A DNA stretch of 64,000 nucleotides from an uncultured candidate division Zixibacteria bacterium (GTDB lineage: Bacteria > Zixibacteria > MSB-5A5 > GN15 > FEB-12): NCBI GenBank assembly GCA_963735035.1, contig CAVTJJ010000003.1:455328-519327 (forward strand). The letters run 5' to 3'. Below the pieces are notes generated by a model, which had not been told where the DNA came from, made no database searches, and saw only the letters and a list, made by a program, of their open reading frames with translations. Made by a program: the position numbers and the translations under genes. Below, one piece after another: positions 1 through 10,600 of the stretch (positions are counted from its first letter, which is position 1; each line of letters starts with the position of its first letter).

Positions 1-2195
1 CAGGTGACCACATTGGCGATTATGACCAGTATCACGAACTCTTTAGTGAGCATCAGTACCACCGACGATACCGAAGCGCCCAGGACCTTGCGAATGCCCA
101 CCTCTTTGGTCCTGCGCTCGGCGGCAAACGAAGCTAATCCGAATATCCCCAGGCTGCCTATGAAAGCTGATAAAACCGCGAAGACAATGAATAGCATGCC
201 GGTTTTCCGCTCACTCTCATAGTTCTCGGCGATTATGTCGTCCAGTAATCTGCCCTGGAACGGGCGATCCGGAATGACTTTCTTCCAGACGTCGGTGACG
301 GCACCAATCGCCCCTTTCACATCGTTAGATGGCAATTGCACTGCAATATGCAGAAATTGCGAGGGCCCCAACATCAAAACTCCGGCGGTGATCTTGTTCC
401 GCAATGACCCGCTGTGGAAGTCGTCGACCACTCCTATAATCGTCAGGGCTTTCTTCGAGTCGGGATCTATGAGCGTCTGCCCGACCGGATTGACAAGGCC
501 GAATTCCTTGACGGCGGTCTTGTTGACTATAATGGCATTCTCCAGATCTGATGGATACTGATTAGAGAATCCGCGTCCCTCTATTAGCTTGATGCCGAAA
601 GTGGAAATGAACGCCTCATCCACCCACATTAAGGGAGTCATCGCCGGCGGCTGGTCCGGTTGGGACGGATTAGCAAACGCCCGCAAAGCCGTCCATCCCG
701 CACCAGGCGGCGCCCACACTGCTGAAACCGCCTCGACCTTGTTGGTCTTGGCAATTTCGTCGCGCAGGAGCCGGCACTTGCCCGCAATCTTCTCGTCGGT
801 CAAATCCAAAATGAGCATGTTCTCATGGCGGAAGCCCATGTCCGTGACTCGAAACAGATTGGATTGTCTATAGATGGCAATGGCTGTGATCGTCAGACCG
901 ATCGCCGCTGCAAATTGGATCACCACGAGGATTCGCCGAAGTCCGGACCGCGAAGTTGTATGGCTCGAATCCTTTCTCATGGCGTCGGCGGGACGATAGC
1001 GTGACAGAAAGAACGCCGGATAGCTGCCGGCAATTACGCCCACTACAATTACCATCACGATCATGACCAGGATTAGCGCGGGGCTGCTCAACAAGCTGAT
1101 CGGCAATTCGCGTCCGATGAACGTCTCCAATTGCGGCTTGGCGATTTCGAACAAGGCAACACCGAGCAACATCGATACGGTAGTCAGGCAGACTGATTCG
1201 CCAATGAATTGATAGATGAGATTGGCCCGACCCGCGCCGAACACCTTGCGTACTGCCACTTCCTTAATTCGACGAGTCGTGCGGGCGGTGGCGAGATTTA
1301 CGAAATTGATGCTCGCCAAAATCAGGAGCAGAACGGCGACAGATGAGAATGTGTACACATAAGTCAGGTTACCCGACGGATCAAGTTCGCCGTTCAGAGA
1401 TGAATGCAGGTATATGTTATTGAGGGGCTGAATCAGGATGTCGAGTTTAGCTTCCTTGAGGGACAAATTCCTGGTCACTATGGCCGATATCTTGTCTCTC
1501 AGTTGCGTTGTAACAGGGCCGGATTTCAGCGACGCATAGACGTAGTATTTGCCGAAATCGCCCCACTCCTTCGTATTCATACCCATTCGTTCAAGGGTCG
1601 AGAACGATACAATGGCGTCACAGCGAAGCTGGGTGTTGGCCGGAATCGGTTTCAACACACCCGTGATTCGGCAATCGATCGAATCGATCCGGAGAGTCCT
1701 GCCGACAGGATCATTGTCACCGAAGCACCTGGCCGCGAGTTCATCTGAGAGCAAGACTGTCGAGGGACTGTTCAGCGCTGTCGATCCATCACCGCGTTGT
1801 AGCGGCAGGGTGAAGACCTTGAGAATCTCCGGTGATGCAAAAAGCAGGCGATTGTTGTCAAACGGTTTGTGGTCGACTTCTATTTTCGTATCTTTGAAGA
1901 GCCTGAAACAAGTGACGTCTTCAATTTCCGGCAATTCGGCCGCCATAGCCGGGGCCAGTGGCGCCGTAGACGTGGCGAAAGGTACCGTGGTTGATCCGTA
2001 TCGGTAGATGGATGCCACTCGGAAGATCCGGTCCCGCTGCTCGTGGCAGTCTTCGAAACTCAGTTCATTGGTGACATAGCCGGCTATCAGCAGACACCCG
2101 GCCAGACCTATAGCCAATCCGACGATATTAATAACTGAATAGAGTCTGTAACGTGACAGGTTTCTGAGTGCGACCAGGATGTAGTTCTTCCACAT
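1..2195 (-). CDS. ABC transporter permease, FtsX family with large periplasmic (MacB-like) domain; 3' end runs off the window start
   Basis: Absent from the ORF track because it is open at the window edge. My reverse-strand translation from ATG at 2195 reads MWKNYILVALRNLSRYRLYSVINIVGLAIGLAGCLLIAGYVTNELSF... with no stop down to position 1. The layout (TM, large periplasmic loop, FtsX-type TM bundle, second repeat) is typical. It lies downstream of the HlyD and ABC-ATPase genes on the same strand. Confidence 0.8.
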   Translation of the reverse strand, partial: MWKNYILVALRNLSRYRLYSVINIVGLAIGLAGCLLIAGYVTNELSFEDCHEQRDRIFRVASIYRYGSTTVPFATSTAPLAPAMAAELPEIEDVTCFRLFKDTKIEVDHKPFDNNRLLFASPEILKVFTLPLQRGDGSTALNSPSTVLLSDELAARCFGDNDPVGRTLRIDSIDCRITGVLKPIPANTQLRCDAIVSFSTLERMGMNTKEWGDFGKYYVYASLKSGPVTTQLRDKISAIVTRNLSLKEAKLDILIQPLNNIYLHSSLNGELDPSGNLTYVYTFSSVAVLLLILASINFVNLATARTTRRIKEVAVRKVFGAGRANLIYQFIGESVCLTTVSMLLGVALFEIAKPQLETFIGRELPISLLSSPALILVMIVMVIVVGVIAGSYPAFFLSRYRPADAMRKDSSHTTSRSGLRRILVVIQFAAAIGLTITAIAIYRQSNLFRVTDMGFRHENMLILDLTDEKIAGKCRLLRDEIAKTNKVEAVSAVWAPPGAGWTALRAFANPSQPDQPPAMTPLMWVDEAFISTFGIKLIEGRGFSNQYPSDLENAIIVNKTAVKEFGLVNPVGQTLIDPDSKKALTIIGVVDDFHSGSLRNKITAGVLMLGPSQFLHIAVQLPSNDVKGAIGAVTDVWKKVIPDRPFQGRLLDDIIAENYESERKTGMLFIVFAVLSAFIGSLGIFGLASFAAERRTKEVGIRKVLGASVSSVVLMLTKEFVILVIIANVVT

Positions 2196-2294
2196 AGATG
2201 ATTCCTATTCGTATTGCAGGCTGTCCTTCGAGTTGGCGCAGTCGGCTGCCCGCTCGTGTCTGTAAGAGATCCCAGATCGAAAGTACCAACGCCA

Positions 2295-2984
2295 TCACAC
2301 GCCGAAGACTCTTCCGACATTCTCCGTCACGATCTTGCCGTCGAACAGATGAATAGTGCGATGGGCGAATTCGGCGTAGGTCGGTGAGTGGGTCACCATG
2401 AGAATGCTGGTTCCGCCATTGTTCAATTCGGTCAGGAGTCGCATGACTTCGTCGCCGTGACGCGAGTCCAGGTTACCGGTCGGTTCATCGGCCAGGATCA
2501 ACTTGGGCTTGGCGACAATCGCTCGCGCCACCGCTACGCGTTGTTGCTGGCCGCCGGAAAGTTGCTGCGGAAAATGGTTCTTGCGCGGCACCAGTTGCAT
2601 GTGCTCCATCACTTCCCTCACCGCCAGTTTCCTCTGGGCGGTCGGTGTTTTCAGGTAGAGAAGCGGCAGCTCGATATTCTCGGCCACGGTCAATTCGTCG
2701 ATGAGATTGAAGCTCTGAAATACGAAGCCGATATTCCCCTTGCGGAATTGCGCCCTATCCCGCTCCGACATCTTCCCTACTTCATGCTCCATGAAGTGAT
2801 ATTCCCCCCCCGACGGGCTGTCGAGCAGACCAAGGAGATTCAGCAAAGTCGATTTGCCGCATCCCGACGGTCCCATAATCGACACAAACTCCCCTTGTTT
2901 CATTTCAAAATTAACGTCGTTCAGCGCGGTGGTCTCAACTTCCTCGGTCGTGAATACTTTGCGAAGATTGACTGTGCGAATCAT
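2295..2984 (-). CDS. ABC transporter ATP-binding protein (MacB/LolD-type ATPase)
   Basis: Walker [10 protein letters not shown], signature [14 protein letters not shown], Walker [14 protein letters not shown]-loop. Start placed at the internal Met ([11 protein letters not shown]), which is preceded by GGAAGGA. The track ORF extends to 3041. Confidence 0.9.
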   Translation of the reverse strand: MIRTVNLRKVFTTEEVETTALNDVNFEMKQGEFVSIMGPSGCGKSTLLNLLGLLDSPSGGEYHFMEHEVGKMSERDRAQFRKGNIGFVFQSFNLIDELTVAENIELPLLYLKTPTAQRKLAVREVMEHMQLVPRKNHFPQQLSGGQQQRVAVARAIVAKPKLILADEPTGNLDSRHGDEVMRLLTELNNGGTSILMVTHSPTYAEFAHRTIHLFDGKIVTENVGRVFGV

Positions 2985-3000
2985 GGTGTCGTTCCTTCCT

Positions 3001-4269
3001 CTAATTGAGCACAATTCTTTCGTATTGAGAGTAAGTCTCATAGGATGACGTAATCACCCGGTCGCCGGGTTTCAATCCCTTGAGCACTTCGTAGACTTCC
3101 GTGTTCTGTCGTCCCAGTTCGATGTCCTGCTTGAAAGCTTCATTGGCGCCGGACTGGAGCACGTACACCCATCGTCCGCCGGTAGTGTTGTAGAAGCCGC
3201 CGCGAGGCAACAGCACGGCCCGAGATAGATCACCGAGCATCAGCCTGATCTGTAGTGTCTGGCCGCGTCGAAGGTCGGCCGGGGCACGGTCGGTGAAGAT
3301 GAGATCGGCCCTGAACTTGCCACCGGTGATCTCGGGATAGACTTTGGAAACCTGGAGTGAGCAGACCGCCCCCTCGAGGGTCGCCATCGCCAACTGTCCG
3401 GTGTTGATCCGCGCGACGTAATACTCGTCGACGTCCGCCTGGAGCTTGAATCCATCCAAAACGTCAATCTGTCCCAGCCGCTCGCCGAATCCCTTAGATT
3501 CGCCGACTTCAGCGTTGAGCGACGTCAATTGACCGGTGATCGGGGCCTTGAGCACCAGATCTTCAAGCCTCTTGCGCACGAATTCGAGGTTCGCCTCCAT
3601 GCGCGTCACCGATGCTTCGAGCTGCTCCACCTGCTGGCTTCGCAGCACGGAATCCTGGGCCTGTGTCTCGACCGTCAACACTCGTTTGTCAGTCCAGTAA
3701 TCGAATTCTTCTTCGGCGCGATCGAACTCATTGGACGAGGCCAACTGTTTCTCCCGGAGTACTACCGCAACATCGTACCTGCGCCGTGACTCATTGATCA
3801 TCCGATCCACTTCGAGCAGATCGGCTTTAAGCTCGAGCTTCCTCTGCTCCATGGCGATTCGGGTGTTACGCAGGTTGTTGATCTGTTCGTAGAGTTGAGC
3901 CTCTCGATACATGATATCAAGGCGGAGGTCCATATTCTCAAGACGAAGAATAGGGTCACCGGGTTTGAGCATCGCACCCTGTTCCGCGAAAACCTCGGCC
4001 ACCCGACCACCCTGTACGGCGTCCAGGTAGAAAGTCTTAAGTGGCGTAACGACGCCGCTTACGGGGATGAATTCCTGAAACTCACCCTCCGTTACGACGG
4101 AAACGGTCAGTCGGTTGGCCTCAAGCCTCAGCGCGGAACCGCCTCCGAGACTGATAAGACCATAAGCAATTGCAGCAAGGCCAACTACGCCAAGCGAGAG
4201 GTAAGTTGTCCTTTTTCTCGTCCAGAATCGCTTCTGGATCTTCCGGTCCATGCCTGACAAGTCACTCAT
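3001..4269 (-). CDS. HlyD-family periplasmic adaptor (membrane fusion protein) of the ABC efflux system
   Basis: N-terminal TM anchor (LSLGVVGLAAIAYGLISL), long coiled-coil region and C-terminal beta-barrel segments typical of MacA/HlyD adaptors. First gene of the adaptor/ATPase/permease operon. Confidence 0.8.
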   Translation of the reverse strand: MSDLSGMDRKIQKRFWTRKRTTYLSLGVVGLAAIAYGLISLGGGSALRLEANRLTVSVVTEGEFQEFIPVSGVVTPLKTFYLDAVQGGRVAEVFAEQGAMLKPGDPILRLENMDLRLDIMYREAQLYEQINNLRNTRIAMEQRKLELKADLLEVDRMINESRRRYDVAVVLREKQLASSNEFDRAEEEFDYWTDKRVLTVETQAQDSVLRSQQVEQLEASVTRMEANLEFVRKRLEDLVLKAPITGQLTSLNAEVGESKGFGERLGQIDVLDGFKLQADVDEYYVARINTGQLAMATLEGAVCSLQVSKVYPEITGGKFRADLIFTDRAPADLRRGQTLQIRLMLGDLSRAVLLPRGGFYNTTGGRWVYVLQSGANEAFKQDIELGRQNTEVYEVLKGLKPGDRVITSSYETYSQYERIVLN

Positions 4270-4293
4270 AGTAGTCCTTCCGAAATTCCTAAG

Positions 4294-4308
4294 TCAAATT
4301 CCATGCCA
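4294..4308 (-). promoter_or_regulatory. candidate sigma54 (-24/-12) promoter element TGGCATGGAATTTGA upstream of the HlyD operon
   Basis: The minus strand reads TGGCAT-N5-TTGA, about 25–40 nt upstream of the HlyD start at 4269. The -12 element is TTGA rather than TTGC. A divergent sigma54-activator gene sits next door. This is a weak match by eye only. Confidence 0.25.
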
Positions 4309-4437
4309 CCAAAAAAGTCCTTGCCATATGGGCACTTACGTTCCGTAATTGATTCCCAACCGTCCGGTTTTGATACAGTGATTGTCCGGTAACGAACATC
4401 TGGACCGCCCCGGATAGGGCCAATAAGGAGTACTCTG

Positions 4438-5826
4438 GTGACCGAACTGGTGGAAGAATCTGGAGCCGGCATCCTGGTAGTCGATGACGACGCTGACGTT
4501 TTGCACGCCGCCAAGCTCCTCCTCAAACGTCATTTCTCACGCGTAGAAACTTTGACCGACCCCAACCTTGTGCCGGCCCTTTTGGCCTCGGAATCGTTCG
4601 ACGCCATACTCCTGGATATGAACTTCACGCGCGATGTGACCAGCGGTCAGGAGGGGTTCGAATGGCTGGGGAAGATTCTCCAACTGGACCCCGACGCCGT
4701 GGTCATAATGATCACAGCGTACGGTGACGCGGAGACAGCGGTTCGGGCCATCAAATCCGGCGCGACCGATTTCGTCATCAAGCCGTGGCAGAACGAGAAA
4801 CTTCTCGCCACGGTGACAGCCGGCGCGCGGTTGCGCCGCTCGCGACGAGAAGTCGCGCGTCTGGAATCGGGGCAGAGCATACTTCAGGCCGACCTCGACC
4901 AGCCGTTCAAGGATTTTGTCGGCGACAGCGCCGCCATGCGCGACGTCTTTCGTTTGATTGAGAAAGTGGCCGCAACTGAGGCTCACGTCCTGATTCTGGG
5001 GGAAAACGGCACCGGCAAAGAGTTGGTGGCGCGCGCGATTCACCGTCTTTCCCCCCGCCACGCCGGCATTTTTTGCCCGGTCGATCTCGGCGCGATCAGT
5101 GAGACCCTTTTTGAGAGCGAGTTGTTCGGCCACATGAAGGGGGCTTTCACGGACGCCCGCGAGAATCGAGCCGGTCGCATCGAGGCGGCCTCGGGCGGAA
5201 CGCTGTTTTTCGACGAAATCAGCAACTTGCCTTTGCCTCTGCAGCCTAAACTCCTGAGCGCCATTCAGAGCCGCCAGATCACACGAGTCGGCAGCAGTAA
5301 GCCACTCGACGTTGATATTCGTCTCATCTGCGCCTCGAACTCTTCTCCTGAGGAACTGCTCAATCGCAAACGTTTTCGGGAAGACTTGCTCTACCGAATC
5401 AATACCGTGGAAATTCATTTGCCCCCTCTCCGTGACCGAGGTGATGATATATCCTTGCTGGCGCAGCACTTCCTAACAATTTATGGCCACAAATATGGTC
5501 GTGGGGAGTTGCGCCTTTCGGCCGCGGCCCTGACAAGGTTGCGCAAGCACCACTGGCCCGGCAACGTACGGGAACTACAGCACGCGGTAGAGCGGGCCGT
5601 AATCCTGAGCGAGGGCTCTAGTCTTACTGAGCGCGATTTCGTGCCCATGGCGACGACCGAATCGGGACACAAAGTGGTCGTCGAGAACCTGGATCTCGAA
5701 GGCGTAGAAAAGATGGTGATCCGTCAAGCGCTGACACGTTCGGCCGGAAACATCACCAAGGCCGCCGAAATGCTTGGTCTCACACGAACCGCTCTATATC
5801 GCAGATTGCAGAAATATGGGCTTTAA
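4438..5826 (+). CDS. sigma54-dependent response regulator (NtrC family: REC, AAA+ sigma54-interaction and Fis-type HTH domains)
   Basis: Receiver D-box (ILVVDDDADV...LLDMNF), Walker A GENGTGKE, GAFTDA sigma54-contact motif, C-terminal HTH LGLTRTALYRRLQKYGL. Confidence 0.9.
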   Translation: MTELVEESGAGILVVDDDADVLHAAKLLLKRHFSRVETLTDPNLVPALLASESFDAILLDMNFTRDVTSGQEGFEWLGKILQLDPDAVVIMITAYGDAETAVRAIKSGATDFVIKPWQNEKLLATVTAGARLRRSRREVARLESGQSILQADLDQPFKDFVGDSAAMRDVFRLIEKVAATEAHVLILGENGTGKELVARAIHRLSPRHAGIFCPVDLGAISETLFESELFGHMKGAFTDARENRAGRIEAASGGTLFFDEISNLPLPLQPKLLSAIQSRQITRVGSSKPLDVDIRLICASNSSPEELLNRKRFREDLLYRINTVEIHLPPLRDRGDDISLLAQHFLTIYGHKYGRGELRLSAAALTRLRKHHWPGNVRELQHAVERAVILSEGSSLTERDFVPMATTESGHKVVVENLDLEGVEKMVIRQALTRSAGNITKAAEMLGLTRTALYRRLQKYGL

Positions 5827-7159
5827 GCGTTTCCGCCTCAATTGCCTGCTCCGTGTCCTCGGAATTGTTGCCACGGTAGCTTTGTTATCGTATCTGACCC
5901 TGTACACGACCTTGTACGCCAGCATGCTGGTGGTTGTACTGCTTGGTGTCGCGCAGGTATATGGACTCATCGTTTTCGTGGAACGGTCCAATCGCGATAT
6001 GATCCGGTTCCTCGAAGCCGTGGAACATGCCGATTTTTCGGACACCGTTTCGACAGGCTTGCATGGAAGCACTTACGATGAGCTCAACGCCTCATTCGCC
6101 CGCGTGCTCGGCCAGTTTCATTTGATTCGTCAGGAGCGGGAGGAAAACCTCCGCTATCTGGAAACAGTCGTTCAACACATCGGCATCGGACTCATAGCCT
6201 TTCGCGAGGACGGCACGATAGAGCTGGTCAATACGGCCGCGCGCCGAATACTCAACGTTACGCGACTGGACCGAATTGACCATCTGACTTCGATCAGTTC
6301 CGAACTTGTCACAATTCTGCAGAACGCTCGGTCGGGCCAGCAACAGACCGTTACGATAGTAAACGGCGGCGGTCCACAGCATATTTCGGTGCTGACGACC
6401 CGGTTTCGTCTCGCCCAGCGTGATCTGACGCTAGCCTCGTTCCAGAATATTACATCCGAACTGGGCGCAAAGGAGTTGGAAGCCTGGCAGAATCTCATTC
6501 GCGTGTTCGCCCACGAGATTCGCAACTCACTTACCCCGATCAGTTCGCTCGCGTCTACAATTGCGGATTCATTTGACTCCAGAAACGGGGCCGCCGTTGA
6601 ATCCGGACTGGAGCGCCAGGACATTCGAGAAGCTCTGGCCACCATTCAGCGACGTAGCGAGGGGCTGCTTCGATTTGTCGATTCCTACCGCCGCTTGACC
6701 CGCATACCCGCACCCTCGATTGAGGCAATTTCTATCAAGGCGCTCTTGAGCGATTCGGTTACGTTGCTGCAGCCCCAGGTGTCCGCTAGTAACATAGCGC
6801 TGACATACACGGTCGAACCCTCTGATTTGGTGCTGTATGCCGACGCCCATTTGATCGGTCAGGTGCTCATGAACCTGTCGCTCAACGCCATTGAAGCTGT
6901 GACCGGCCGTCCCTCAGGTGCGGTGTATCTTCGAGGAGTGCAGGACGGCTATGGAAGGGTTAAGATCTCGGTAACGGACAACGGACCCGGGATAGTGCCG
7001 GAGGCGCTGGATCAAGTGTTTGTGCCGTTCTACACTACCAAGAAGAGCGGCTCCGGTATCGGCTTGAGCCTCTCCCGCCAGATAATGCGGATGCATCACG
7101 GTCAACTCACGGTTTCGTCGACACCTGATCACGAGACTACGTTCACACTGGTGTTCTAG
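5815..7159 (+). CDS. sensor histidine kinase (membrane-anchored, HisKA plus HATPase_c), partner of the NtrC-like regulator
   Basis: TM helices at the N-terminus, H-box FAHEIRNSLTPISSLAS, N/G boxes ([14 protein letters not shown]). Start taken at the ATG at 5815, which overlaps the regulator's stop. The track ORF starts at 5774. Confidence 0.8.
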
Positions 7160-7626
7160 CGCGGGAACATATGGGAGTGCTGCCGCTATGCGACGGCCGG
7201 ATCGCCACCATCTGGGTGGTGACAATAAGGCTCTCTTTCCTCCCCCATCGATTCGGCACCCCTCCAGTATCACCTTCCCCGCATTAAGCAAGCCTCGGCA
7301 ACAATACAAGACGCATTTGGTCCGCATTGATACAATGTTTATTGTTCCGTGTGACTGGACGATACTAGATACTGTGAGCTAATGTGTCCTTGATCGGCGG
7401 CTCTGTCGGGGCCGGAGGGACGTCAGGTACTCCCTGACAGATTCAAGTTTCAAATGTGGAGCCGTTGCGGTGAAGATTCGCAAGGTCGATTCTACCGACG
7501 TCGTCGACAAGAGATGGTCACCGTCACGCCTCTTGAGGAGGCCCGCTTGGAATTCATACCGGCCTTCGAGAGCATCGATCCTCGTTTTGTTTAGCGGGAC
7601 ACTGGGACATTATTGAGGTAGGGTCT

Positions 7627-10600
7627 ATGGGAAATCGCGAGAATACCGGAAAGAGTGTAGCGGGCGGTGACAAACCGACGGACAAATCCTTAAAGGGGAC
7701 CAAGCTCCGCTCCCTCTGGTTTGCCCCGACCATTTTGATGGGTGCGTTCATAGTCGTATCCTTGACTGTTTTCTGGCTCATTCAGGTAAAAGACTTTTCG
7801 ACAAAACGCGATCAGCTCGTTGAAAATGCCGAGTCAACGGCAGAAAACATACGCCTAAGACTAAAGGGGAATCAGGACTACTTGCTCATGCTGGCCGCTG
7901 GGCGTAGCGACAGCATGATGGACGCCGAGTCATTTCAGAAACGGGCGTCGCGCTATGTCCAGGATCATCCGGAACTAATCAACATAACCTGGGTGGATGC
8001 CAACTTTGTGATTCGCGATGTGGCGCCGCTTACCCCCAACAAGCAGATACTGGGACTGAGCCTGGAGTTGCCTGAACCAAAGCGTGCATCACACCTGGCC
8101 CGAGAACTCCGTAAGCCTATCTATACCCGACCATTCGAGGCCATTCAAGGCAAACCATCATTCGAGTTATGGGTGCCGGTTTTCAAAGGCCCTATCTTTC
8201 AAGGGCTGTTTGCGGCAGTCTATTCCTGCGAGAGGTTGACGCGAGAATTAGTGCCCCCTCAGCAGCTTGAACACAATCAGGTCGGCCTGGTGAACATGGA
8301 GGGGGACGTCCTTTGGGAGACGGCCGCGTCGGCGACGACCGATGACAGATTGACTCACGAGGTCCCCCTGACCCTCCCGGATGGCGGCTTGTTGTTGCGA
8401 TTCAGAGGATATGGATCGGGGGTTATAGAGCGGGGTCTCTTGCTTCTGGAGCTTCTCTGCCTTGGATTTGCGGTCGGCCTTGCTTACGCGATGTGGAGAC
8501 TGAAAAGCTCGCTTGAGGCCAGCAAGAAGGCTGAAGAATCGTCGCGCAAGAGCGAAAAGGACCTGAGAGAAGCCCAGCGCGTTGCCCGGATCGGGAGTTG
8601 GGACTGGGACTCAGCAACTGACACTATCACCTGGTCCGAAGAGTATTACCGCATCTACGGCGTGGATCCCACGCACCAACCTCCGGGTTACGTGGAGCAT
8701 CTAAAAGCCTACACTTCTGAAAGCGCCACACGACTGGATGAAGCGGTAAAACAAAATATGCAAACCGGCGAACCGTATGAGGTCGATCTGGAATTAGCTC
8801 ATTCGGGAGGGACAACTCGCTGGGTCACGGCTCGCAGTGAAACCAAACGAAATGCCCGTGGCGAGATCGTGGGACTACGCGGTACGGCTCAGGATATCAC
8901 GGATCGCAAGAACGCTGAAGATTCCGTGCGGTCACTGGGGCTGGAAATGCAGACCATCTACGACAACACGTATACGCTTTTCGCCTATCTTGACCGGGAT
9001 TTCAATTTCGTCAGAGTCAATCGGGCGTATGCGGAGGCTGACGGGAAAACTCCTGACTTCTTCATCGGCAAGAATCATTTCGAATTGTATCCACACCCCG
9101 AAAACGAAGCCATCTTTCACAATGTTGTCGCCACCGGCAAGCCGTACGTAGCCCACGCCAAACCGTTTGAATATCCCGACCATCCGGAATGGGGTGTCAC
9201 TTACTGGGACTGGTCCCTGGTGCCGGTCCTGGGCGACGACAAGGCCGTGACAGGCCTGATATTCACGCTGTTGAATGTCACGGTACAGAAACGGGCGGAA
9301 CAGAAACTGGCGCAACTGGCCGCCATCGTAGCATCATCGGACGACGCTATCATAGGCAAGACTCTGGAGGGAGATGTCACCAGTTGGAACCGTGGCGCCG
9401 AAGCTATCTATGGTTACACCGAAAGTGAAATGATTGGCAAGTCGCTTTCGTTACTGATCCCCCCCGACCGCAGGGGCGAGCTGGCGACGATTCTTGATAA
9501 GATCAGTAATCGTGAACATATCGAGCTCTACGAAACGGTACGACTACGGAAAGACGGACAGCGTATTCATGTCTCGCTGACTATTTCGCCGGTGATAGAT
9601 GAGAGCGGAACGATTGTTGGGATATCGACCATCAGCCGCGACATTACCAAGCGGCGGCTCGCCGAAGAACAGTTGCGAGTGTCGGAAGAGAAGTATCGGA
9701 GTCTGGTCGATGCCGCCGCCATCGGGATCACTATGATCAGCCCACAGATGGAAGTGCTTTCCATCAATCGCCAGTTCCAGCAATGGTTCCCCGACGTAGA
9801 CGCTACGAAGCGTCCGATCTGCTTCAAGGCCTTCAATAACCCGCCTCGGGACGAATTCTGCTCGTATTGTCCGGTCGTGAAGACACTTGAGGACGGGCAG
9901 GTTCACACAAGTGTCACCGAGACTCCGGTCGGCGGCACGATCAGAAATTATCAGGTCATCTCTTCCCCGGTCCGTGACTCCGAGGGGAACATCATAGCTG
10001 CCATTGAAATTGTCGAGGATATCACTGACCGCCAGGAGATTGAACAAAGACTCAGGGAGTCCGAAGAACGGCTAAGACTCACCCTGGAAGCCACTCAGAT
10101 CGGCATTTGGGACTGGGATGTTACGAATGACAAGTGGTACGCTTCGCCCATCTATTATACCATGCTCGGTTACGAGCCCAAGACCGGCCCGGCGGACCGA
10201 AGCGAGTGGATGGAACGGACGCATCCGGATGACCGTGCCCACGTCACAGAAAGGATACAGGACGTACTGTCGGGTGATTTTGAGGAATACCGTTACGAAA
10301 CGCGCATGCGGCATGCCGACGGGTCCTATCGGTGGGTGCAAGTAGAAGGATTTGGCATAGAACGTGATCAGGATGGCCAAGTGACACGCTTGCTGGGAAT
10401 CCGGCGGGACATCACTGAGCGCAAGTTGGCGGAGGAAGCGCTTCGATCCGCTTCGCTTTACACGCGTAGTCTGATCGAGGTTAGTCTGGATCCCCTCGTG
10501 ACGATCAGCCCCATCGGCACGATCATGGACGTGAATAGAGCGACTGAGCTGGCGACCGGCGTGAGTCGCGACAACTTGATCGGCAGCGACTTCTGTGATT

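Noticed and set aside
2388-3008. 206-aa + strand ORF antisense to the ABC ATPase, and similar long antisense ORFs (4537..5469, 13605..14663, 15842..16384, 17122..18031, 26673..27293, 28688..29446, 36094..36522, 42588..43172, 46128..47495, 58367..58939, 59709..60557, 60735..61265, 61519..62172)
   Set aside because: Each is antisense to a gene with strong family signatures. They have Arg/Gly/His-rich composition typical of GC-rich shadow frames and no RBS or motif support.
7380-7470. GTCAGG-tactc-CCTGAC hairpin after the sensor kinase gene as a terminator
   Set aside because: Short 6-bp stem with no following T-tract. It is indistinguishable from chance in GC-rich DNA.
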